Below, one piece after another: positions 57,701 to 64,000 of a stretch of DNA of 64,000 nucleotides; positions within the stretch are counted from its first letter, which is position 1; every line of letters begins with the position of its first letter. The position numbers were made by a program, and so were the translations under genes. Where the stretch lies: positions 40,140-104,139 of the IMG/VR virus record IMGVR_UViG_3300045971_000163. One strand, written 5' to 3'. The notes under the pieces are model-generated. The model did no database searches and was not told where the DNA came from. It worked only from the letters and a program-made list of their open reading frames with translations. The DNA comes from a virus.

Positions 57701-58007
57701 TACAGATACCAGCTTAACACAAATAAAAGCTGGCTTGGAAGCTACTAACGCAACATTGCAATTAAATGAGACAGTCCAACGGTTAGCTGCATACCTTGAG
57801 AAAAACGATAAGGCTAGTAACACAGAAGACAAACCAGTCAAGCCAGCATTTAATCCAGCTGACATGTTCGCATTAGTATCGAAAATCAATGAGTTAATGC
57901 AAGCACAAGTTGACAAAACGGATGAATATCTAGATTTAACTCGTGAAATGCTGGGAGTAGCGTCAGATCACAAGAACATCTCGACAAAGATGTATCGAGC
58001 TGGGTAA
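54705..58007 (+). CDS. Tape measure-like protein
   Basis: Long helical Ala/Gly/Lys-rich protein with hydrophobic stretches, YAKNL..ISAITGK; lies between the chaperone and portal genes. Confidence 0.7.
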   Translation: MMDEENSSSFTEAINRVTEGLNVEADTREKIAKELKRELTESIRRESFAKLSAAQQKKRTQELISHIQLQTDKLKNNTIELAEFRDTTESATRDLAQFRKTADSSTKAQIQQTLGAVKDIEGRKKVNDQLLTSSGMLVGTLLRSAGTLTTGIIRAVQDGGDGIRVASTILQAELTAGGAVAGAIFKGVASVGGAMQSMGPGAAKAGKGLAMLGNTAGFVSDSFIAFEKFKFELLSKEAEIVVTSFRDISSTGAMFEEGMSALKNASIESGLSIQALGKIQKTSAENISGAGLGMAKGFKLLAKTFSGDAGNQLKTSLLNLGFALEEQGDVVAKTMEQMRMAGRDMNTVSQSDIKQSTEDYAKNLRTISAITGKDAKAKMEEARKASMNAAVLVKVRQAERAGDKDALLKFKQGLIAAGEFGDAFIQNYVSSDSKGRGGSIVDPASAVALNQVPGSEDQVKRLTEAALDSTTNMDQFTKSAAAAKGRLNELFTSDEGLKAFKEIAIAGTMGANSFVKTIADKNKSILDDSFKGPANSKEAVDAVNAVQVSMKTLDETTRGLNEVILQGEATRSKLEGLLFDNLAKYTETMKTALAHANLLVDSNKFLEKAMEDAKNAVGSSINWFEVAIAGLIGAFSLSKLAGLGTAIGKATTGLLGVTKAAEGAALTFPVLENAAGAATGTSTAAVAGAAVAPLALMGAATVAADNAQMGGSNLNPFSATGNAGLGMSKFFESIFGSRGDDAERKQKKQQAESGATWSLKEAEDIKKRLGIDVPVTPVTAANAKIALVETDKKEPAVDSKDKTTLAQDVVDKNKELVDAVSKIPAPPAQEVNVSVGLSPKDISALQNAVAAKNKELVDAVSKIPAPPAQDVNVSVGLSPKDISALQNAVAAKNKELTDAVSSVQVQPKQDVTVSVGLSPKDISALQNAVAAKNKELTDAVSSVQVQPKQDVNVSVGLSPKDISALQNAAKIKEEAPPKDTTLKLSSTESDAIIKNKEVSTDTSLTQIKAGLEATNATLQLNETVQRLAAYLEKNDKASNTEDKPVKPAFNPADMFALVSKINELMQAQVDKTDEYLDLTREMLGVASDHKNISTKMYRAG
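57138..57611 (+). repeat. Four tandem 120-bp (40-aa) repeats, A-A-B-B pattern
   Basis: Units start near 57141, 57261, 57381 and 57501 (KNKELxDAVS...VSVGLSPKDISALQNAVAA). Confidence 0.92.
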
Positions 58008-58011
58008 AAAC

Positions 58012-58019
58012 GATAAATA
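58012..58019 (+). promoter_or_regulatory. T4-type late promoter (GATAAATA)
   Basis: Upstream of the portal gene. Confidence 0.65.
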
Positions 58020-58039
58020 TAATATTATAAAAGAACACT

Positions 58040-59776
58040 ATGTCTGGATGGAAAAAGCACTTTAAAGTAGCCAATTTTAACAACCTTAGCCCTATATCTG
58101 GCGATAAGGGCGGTAACCACGATGCTGTTAATAGCTTTGGGTTTAAAAACTATCAAAGTTCGCTACCTGACGTTTACGTTGGCCACCCAAATCGTATTGA
58201 ACGTTATAATCAGTACGAGCAAATGGATGCTGATTCAGAAATTAACGCAGCATTAGACATTTTAGCTGAGTTCTCAACGCAAGCAAATATTGAAAACGGC
58301 ACAGCATTTGACATTAAGTTTAACGAACCCCCAACAGACAACGAAATCAAAATCATCAAAGAGCAGTTGCAGCAATGGTGTAACTTAAATGAGTTTGATA
58401 AACGTATTTTCAAGCTATTCCGCAACGTATTAAAATACGGCGATCAGGTGTTTATCCGTGACCCTGAAAACTTTAAACTACTATGGACTGAAATGTCTAA
58501 AGTAACGAAAGTTATTGTTAACGAGTCAGACGGTAAAAAGCCAGAGCAGTATGTAGTTAAGGAACTGAACCCTAACTTGGAAAACTTAACAGTTACCGCA
58601 GTTACTACATCAGACACGTATATGAACTCACCCACAACAGGTGGGCAAGGTGGTGCATTGTATTCCTCAACGGGCGGAGGTGGCGGAGCAGGCGGTTCAC
58701 GTTTTAGTAATGCTAAAAACGAAGCAGTTATTAACGCAGAGCACGTTGTTCACATCAGTTTAACTGAAGGGCTGGATGCAGCATGGCCTTTTGGCACTTC
58801 TGTGCTAGAGACAGTATTTAAAGTATTCAAACAAAAAGAGTTGCTAGAAGACTCTATCATCATTTACCGTGTACAACGTGCACCAGAACGTAGAGTCTTT
58901 AAGATTGACGTTGGTAATATGCCAACGCACTTAGCTATGGCATTCGTAGAGCGTGTGAAAAATGAAGTGCATCAACGTAGAATACCTACACAGTCGGGCG
59001 GCGGCACTAATATGATGGATGCAACATATAACCCGTTAAGCATGAACGAGGATTACTTCTTCCCACAAACAGCAGACGGCCGTGGGTCTAGCGTTGATAC
59101 ACTGCCAGGTGGACAAAACTTAGGCGAGATTACAGACTTACGCTTCTTTACTAACAAGTTATTCCGTGGCTTGCGTATTCCATCTAGCTATTTGCCAACA
59201 CAAACAGACGAAGCAGCTAATAGCTTCAGCGATGGTAAAGTTGGTATGGCAATGATACAGGAATGGCGTTTTAACCAGTATTGCTTACGCTTACAAAAGT
59301 TAATGGCACATTCGTTAGACGGAGAATTTAAACTATTCTTGCGTTTCCGTGGCATTAATATTGACTCTAGTGTGTTTGATCTACAGTTTAACGAGCCACA
59401 GAACTTTACGAAATATAGGCAAGTAGAGATCGACAATGCTAGAATCAGTACATTCTCGCAGTTAGAGCAAATACCTTACTTGTCTAAACGCTTCTTAATG
59501 ACACGCTACTTAGGGTTGTCAGAGGAAGAAATGCAGGAAAACGAAAAGTCGTGGGCGGAAGAGCATGCCGATGCAGATACAGCAAAACCAGAAGACGCAA
59601 ACTTGCGTTCTGTTGGGGTATCAGCAGGCGGCTTAGGCGCAGACTTAGAAAACGTAGCACCAGTGCCCGAGGAGGGTGGTGAGGAAGGTGCGCCGATGGG
59701 CGGTGAAGGCGGAGCAGCACCTGGAGTCCCAGGAGCACCAGTAGCAGCAGGTGGAGCACCTGGGATGGCACAATAA
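58040..59776 (+). CDS. gp20: Portal protein
   Basis: LLEDSIIIYRVQRAPERRVFKIDVGNMP, EDYFFP and TLPGGQNLGEI.D. Confidence 0.95.
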   Translation: MSGWKKHFKVANFNNLSPISGDKGGNHDAVNSFGFKNYQSSLPDVYVGHPNRIERYNQYEQMDADSEINAALDILAEFSTQANIENGTAFDIKFNEPPTDNEIKIIKEQLQQWCNLNEFDKRIFKLFRNVLKYGDQVFIRDPENFKLLWTEMSKVTKVIVNESDGKKPEQYVVKELNPNLENLTVTAVTTSDTYMNSPTTGGQGGALYSSTGGGGGAGGSRFSNAKNEAVINAEHVVHISLTEGLDAAWPFGTSVLETVFKVFKQKELLEDSIIIYRVQRAPERRVFKIDVGNMPTHLAMAFVERVKNEVHQRRIPTQSGGGTNMMDATYNPLSMNEDYFFPQTADGRGSSVDTLPGGQNLGEITDLRFFTNKLFRGLRIPSSYLPTQTDEAANSFSDGKVGMAMIQEWRFNQYCLRLQKLMAHSLDGEFKLFLRFRGINIDSSVFDLQFNEPQNFTKYRQVEIDNARISTFSQLEQIPYLSKRFLMTRYLGLSEEEMQENEKSWAEEHADADTAKPEDANLRSVGVSAGGLGADLENVAPVPEEGGEEGAPMGGEGGAAPGVPGAPVAAGGAPGMAQ

Positions 59777-59800
59777 AATAGATTTTGGTTAAATAGTATT

Positions 59801-60079
59801 ATGCATATTGTAGAATTATTCCTAGTCGAAGCGGAGGAGAATGCCGATGATCAAGAGCCTATTGAAAATGGTTCCACTCCTGATGGTTACTCTACGGATG
59901 CTGATGATCAGTCTATTCTTACTTTATCTGATCTTCGGAAAACCAGGCTTACACTAAGCCAACTCAATAAATTACGCCAAATGAATGACGTAAAAAAGAT
60001 TGAGCACGAACAAAAGTTGAAATCTCTCTCGTCTATGTATAAACCAGCAGAACAAGATGCTGGTGGTATGGGCATGTAA
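59801..60079 (+). CDS. Hypothetical head-module protein
   Basis: RKTRLTLSQLNKLR; GTTAAATA lies 5 nt upstream. Confidence 0.75.
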   Translation: MHIVELFLVEAEENADDQEPIENGSTPDGYSTDADDQSILTLSDLRKTRLTLSQLNKLRQMNDVKKIEHEQKLKSLSSMYKPAEQDAGGMGM

Positions 60080-60201
60080 TTTAGCGCAAAACTGCGCAAA
60101 TTCCTAGTTAGCCTGTCAAGACTCTCCAAAAAACACTACTATTACACTATTTCTAGTGTAAATGAGTAAATAAATTTATAAAACCACATTAGGAGTCTTT
60201 T

Positions 60202-61356
60202 ATGAACCAGTTTGAAAAACTTATCGAATTAATAATTAACGAAGACGAAGCAAAAGCAAAGGCATTGTTTCATAAAATCGTAGTTGAAAAATCTCGTGAC
60301 ATTTACGAAAGTTTAGTCGACGAAGACCAAATGCCAATTCAGCAAGGCCGTGGCGCTGAGCGTTTAGGACAAGAAATTACTGATGACCAAGAAGTAATTG
60401 ATGGCGACCATATCGGTGAAGCTGACGAGACAGATGAGTTCGGCGGCGATGTAGGCGGCGACGAGTTCGGCGGCGAAGAAGAAATGGGTGGCGATGACAT
60501 GGGCATGGGCGACGAAATGGGTGGCGATGACATGGGCATGGGCGACGAAATGGGTGGCGAACCAGCTACTGTTGAAGACCGCGTAATGGACTTGGAAGAT
60601 GCACTTGACGAACTTAAAGCAGAATTTGATGCTTTAATGGGCGAAGAAATGCAAGAGCCAGAGCATGCTGATTTAGCTGCTGACATGGGCAGCGACGAAG
60701 AAAGCGACTTCGATGACGAAGGCGAAGAAGGCATGGGCGGTGAAGAATTAGGCGACGAAACAGACGCTGAAGGTTCTAAGTTTGGTGAAGCTAGCATTTA
60801 CGGCGAATCCAAGAAAACTGACAAGCCATGGAAAGATTCCAAAGGTAAAGAGCATCCAGGTACCGCTGTAAAGGGCGACAAGTACGATGGTAAGGCTGCT
60901 GAGAAAGAAGAAAAAGCTAAGAAAGTTAAAGAATCTCGCAAGTCTCCAGCAGACTTAATGCGTGAGTACGTAGAGAAAGTTACAGCAGTTAAGCCAGTTG
61001 AGGGTGACCCAATCGGTTCAGGCGGTACTAAGTCTCCAATCAACTCTAAGAGCACACAGATCAATGGCAAGAACGATATGGGCGGTACTACTGCTAACAT
61101 CGCTCAAGGCAAGTTTGCTTCTGACCGCGATAGCAACAATGGTCCAAAGACTCCAAGCAACGAATACACTAAGGGTGGCGGTGCTGGTAAGAAAATGGGT
61201 CAAGACAAATACGAAAACAGCCCAGCAGCTAACACTAAGGGTTACAAAGACAAGCAAACAGTTAAACGTGAACAAGAAGGTCAAACTACTAAGGATTCAG
61301 TTCCAGTAGTTAAGAAGTCCTTCAATCCAGGTGGATCGTCAGGCTTTAAGGGTTAA
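60202..61356 (+). CDS. Acidic prohead core/scaffold-like protein
   Basis: Very acidic and low-complexity; lies between portal and protease; AGGAG ribosome-binding site. Confidence 0.7.
   Translation: MNQFEKLIELIINEDEAKAKALFHKIVVEKSRDIYESLVDEDQMPIQQGRGAERLGQEITDDQEVIDGDHIGEADETDEFGGDVGGDEFGGEEEMGGDDMGMGDEMGGDDMGMGDEMGGEPATVEDRVMDLEDALDELKAEFDALMGEEMQEPEHADLAADMGSDEESDFDDEGEEGMGGEELGDETDAEGSKFGEASIYGESKKTDKPWKDSKGKEHPGTAVKGDKYDGKAAEKEEKAKKVKESRKSPADLMREYVEKVTAVKPVEGDPIGSGGTKSPINSKSTQINGKNDMGGTTANIAQGKFASDRDSNNGPKTPSNEYTKGGGAGKKMGQDKYENSPAANTKGYKDKQTVKREQEGQTTKDSVPVVKKSFNPGGSSGFKG
60481..60560 (+). repeat. 33-bp tandem repeat (EMGGDDMGMGD x2 plus partial)
   Basis: gaaatgggtggcgatgacatgggcatgggcgac at 60481 and 60514, partial copy at 60547. 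Confidence 0.85.
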
Positions 61357-61360
61357 TTAA

Positions 61361-62002
61361 ATGTCACGTTATAATCTTAGAGAGAATTTATCCTTTGATA
61401 ACGCCCGCGTTGAGATTCTCAACGAGGACGACGGCAAGGGTGGCAAGTCTCTCAAGATGAAGGGTATCTTCATTCAAGGCGGGGTTAAAAACGCAAATCA
61501 GCGTGTTTACCCTGTCCATGAAATTAACAAGGCTGTAGGCACCGTAATGGAACAAGTTAAGGGTGGCTACAGTGTACTTGGTGAAGTTGATCACCCAGAT
61601 GACTTAAAAATTAATCTCGACAGAGTTTCCCACATGATAACAGAAATGTGGATGGACGGACCAAACGGATTTGGTACGTTAAAAATATTGCCTACCCCTA
61701 TGGGACAACTTGTTAAAACAATGTTGGAAAATGGGGTTAAGCTCGGAGTTTCCAGCCGCGGAAGCGGTAACGTTAACGAAGCAAACGGTCATGTAAGTGA
61801 TTTTGAAATTATAACCGTTGACGTAGTAGCACAACCTAGTGCACCAAATGCATACCCTAAAGCAATTTATGAAAGCTTAATGAATATGAAGTACGGTCAC
61901 AAGGTACTTGGAGTGGCAGGTGAAGCCAGTGCAGACGCAAGAGTCCAGAAATATCTCAAAGAGCAGGTAATCTGCTTGATTAAAGATATGAAGATAAAAT
62001 AG
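61361..62002 (+). CDS. gp21: Prohead protease
   Basis: GIFIQG..KNANQRVYP, GEVDHP, GVSSRGSG and DVVAQPSAP. Confidence 0.95.
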   Translation: MSRYNLRENLSFDNARVEILNEDDGKGGKSLKMKGIFIQGGVKNANQRVYPVHEINKAVGTVMEQVKGGYSVLGEVDHPDDLKINLDRVSHMITEMWMDGPNGFGTLKILPTPMGQLVKTMLENGVKLGVSSRGSGNVNEANGHVSDFEIITVDVVAQPSAPNAYPKAIYESLMNMKYGHKVLGVAGEASADARVQKYLKEQVICLIKDMKIK

Positions 62003-62010
62003 GAGACGTT

Positions 62011-63111
62011 ATGTTAAATGCTATGAAACCACTCATCGATAGCGGCATTATAAACGAAGACACACGTCAAGCCATTTCTGAAGCTTGGGAGGCTCAGCTT
62101 GCTGAAGCCAAAGAGACTGTAAGAAGTGAATTGCGTGAAGAATTCGCTCGCCGTTACGAGCACGATAAAGGTGTAATGGTCGAGGCTTTAGACAAAATGG
62201 TAACAGAATCCTTGCAGCAAGAAATCGCTGAGTTCAAGGAAGAAAAGAAGGCACTCTCTGAGGATCGCGTAAAGTTTAAAAAACATGTACGCGAATCAAG
62301 CAGCAAATTTAATGCATTTATGGTTGAGAAATTAGCCGAAGAAATTAAAGAGTTGCGCAAAGATCGTAAAATGCAAGTTGAAAGCGTTGGCAAATTAGAA
62401 CAATTTGTTATGCAACAATTAGCTAATGAGATCGGTGAGTTTGCTAAGGACAAACAAGATGTTGTCGAGACAAAGGTACGTTTAATTGCAGGTGCTACTA
62501 AGAAATTAGCGGAAATGCAAAAACAATTTATCGCTCGCAGCGCAAAACTTGTCCAAGAATCCGTTACCCAAAGTTTAGGGTCAGAAATTGGTCAACTGAA
62601 AGAAGACATTCAAGTTGCAAGAGAAAATATGTTTGGTCGTCGTTTGTTCGAAGCATTCGCTGGCGAGTTCACTGCTACTCACTTAAATGAGAACAAGGAA
62701 ATCGCGAAACTTACGTCCTTAGTGAAAGCTAAGAATCGTCAACTCGAAGAAGCTAAAAAAATTGCAACTAAATCAATCAAGTTGGTTGAATCCAAAGACC
62801 AGGAAATTAAAGTTATTCAAGAATCTGTTAATCGCAAGCAAGTCTTAGCCGAACTGCTTGGTCCGCTTAATAGGGACAAAGCTTCGGTGATGTCAGAGCT
62901 TCTTGAGAATGTACAGACCACGAAACTGCGTTCTGTATATGATAAGTATCTACCGGCAGTTCTAAACAACTCAAACGCAGCACCAGCGCCTAAAGCAAAA
63001 GTGTTAAGTGAGAGCCGTTCAGAAGTTACGGGCGATAAAACTGCAAAACAAGTAGTTGAGCAACACTCAGATAATGTGGTGGAACTTAAACGCTTGGCAG
63101 GGCTGAAGTAA
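62011..63111 (+). CDS. gp22: Prohead scaffolding protein
   Basis: Coiled-coil, Glu/Lys-rich; lies between protease and capsid genes. Confidence 0.8.
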   Translation: MLNAMKPLIDSGIINEDTRQAISEAWEAQLAEAKETVRSELREEFARRYEHDKGVMVEALDKMVTESLQQEIAEFKEEKKALSEDRVKFKKHVRESSSKFNAFMVEKLAEEIKELRKDRKMQVESVGKLEQFVMQQLANEIGEFAKDKQDVVETKVRLIAGATKKLAEMQKQFIARSAKLVQESVTQSLGSEIGQLKEDIQVARENMFGRRLFEAFAGEFTATHLNENKEIAKLTSLVKAKNRQLEEAKKIATKSIKLVESKDQEIKVIQESVNRKQVLAELLGPLNRDKASVMSELLENVQTTKLRSVYDKYLPAVLNNSNAAPAPKAKVLSESRSEVTGDKTAKQVVEQHSDNVVELKRLAGLK

Positions 63112-63136
63112 AAACTAGATTAAAAAAGGAAAAATC

Positions 63137-64000
63137 ATGTCACAAAATCTATTAGAAAGCCGTTGGGGCGAAACCAAGGAGGCCCTGTTAGAAGGTTTGC
63201 AAGGTTCACGTCGCACAACAATGTCGGTTATTTTAGAAAATACCCGCAAAAGTTTGAATGAAAATGCAACAGCTGGTGGTACACAAGCTGCTAACATTTC
63301 CACTTTAAACCGTGTTATCCTCCCAGTGATCCGTCGTGTTATGCCGACTGTTATCGCTAATGAAATCGTTGGTGTTCAGCCAATGACCGGTCCTGTTGCA
63401 CAAATTCATACTTTACGTGTGCGTTATGCAGACCCAGTGGCCGACTCTAGCGGTTATGGTACAAGCGTAGCAGCCGGTGATGAAATGTTAAGCCCGTTCA
63501 AGATTGCTACAGCCTACTCCGGTAGCGCAGCAACTGGCCGTGCTGACAGCACAGCGGCATACGAAGGTGTGCCAGGTCGTCGTATCAACGTTCAGATCTT
63601 GAAACAAGTTGTTGAAGCAAAATCCCGCAAGTTAAGCGCTCGTTGGACTTTTGAAGCAGCACAAGATGCTCAAGCTATGCACGGTCTCGACGTTGAAGCA
63701 GAAATTATGGCCGCATTGGCACAAGAAATTACGGTCGAAATCGACCAAGAAATCTTGGGTTCTTTACGTGCGTTAGCTGCAACCGAAGAAACTTACAACC
63801 AAGCAACCGTTAGCGGTACTGCAACGTTCGTGGGTGACGAGCATGCTGCTTTAGCAGTATTGATCAATCGTGTTGCTAACAAGATTGCTCAACGCACACG
63901 TCGTGGCGCAGGTAACTGGGCAGTTGTATCTCCAGCAGCATTGACAGTATTGCAATCAGCAACTACTTCAGCGTTTGCTCGTACAACAGAAGGTACGTTT
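63137..64000 (+). CDS. gp23: Major capsid protein, partial
   Basis: Not in the ORF track. MSQNLLESRW...LPVIRRVMPTVIANEIVGVQPMTGP...SRKLSARWTFEAAQD...EIDQE; frame is open to the window end. Confidence 0.95.
   Translation, partial: MSQNLLESRWGETKEALLEGLQGSRRTTMSVILENTRKSLNENATAGGTQAANISTLNRVILPVIRRVMPTVIANEIVGVQPMTGPVAQIHTLRVRYADPVADSSGYGTSVAAGDEMLSPFKIATAYSGSAATGRADSTAAYEGVPGRRINVQILKQVVEAKSRKLSARWTFEAAQDAQAMHGLDVEAEIMAALAQEITVEIDQEILGSLRALAATEETYNQATVSGTATFVGDEHAALAVLINRVANKIAQRTRRGAGNWAVVSPAALTVLQSATTSAFARTTEGTF

Noticed and set aside
56342-57916. 524-aa minus-strand ORF
   Set aside because: Antisense shadow of the tape-measure gene and its repeats; no start context or recognisable motifs.
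60085-60161. Short inverted repeats GCGCA/TGCGC and TTACACTA/TAGTGTAA before the core gene
   Set aside because: Short stems without a U tract; could be regulatory but cannot be told from chance.
1-64000. Stop-codon reassignment as in some large phages
   Set aside because: Long genes are intact in the standard code, and TAA, TGA and TAG all end genes at sensible positions.

Overview
This window is part of a large T4-like myovirus (Caudoviricetes) genome in the standard genetic code. It has four blocks. (1) 1-15.8 kb, mostly minus strand: a tightly coupled accessory cluster of six radical SAM enzymes (four with an N-terminal twitch/SPASM-like Cys cluster, one with a C-terminal SPASM domain, one B12-binding), four glycosyltransferase-like genes, a PLP aminotransferase, an SGNH-like hydrolase and a GDPD-like protein. 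(2) 15.8-45.9 kb, minus strand: tail-fibre, adhesin and baseplate genes, including a 3989-aa protein and gp6/gp25/gp5/gp27/gp53-like genes. (3) 46-52.8 kb, plus strand: gp55-like late sigma factor, gp47/gp46, two HNH homing endonucleases, a histone-like protein and a Holliday junction resolvase. (4) 53.6-64 kb: tail chaperone, tape measure, portal, prohead core, protease, scaffold and the start of the major capsid gene. The strongest unexplained signal is the ORF-free gap at 52783-53586. By eye it folds into a large (~550-600 nt) nested, pseudoknotted plus-strand RNA, followed by two GNA/GNNA-loop mini-hairpins. Other notable items are the radical SAM/glycosyltransferase cluster, a likely -1 frameshift (T TTT TTC) fusing the gp26-like chaperone to the next ORF, and T4-type late promoters (NNTAAATA), several spaced to give leaderless mRNAs. 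All assignments come from motif recognition and manual base-pairing; no searches or folding programs were run.
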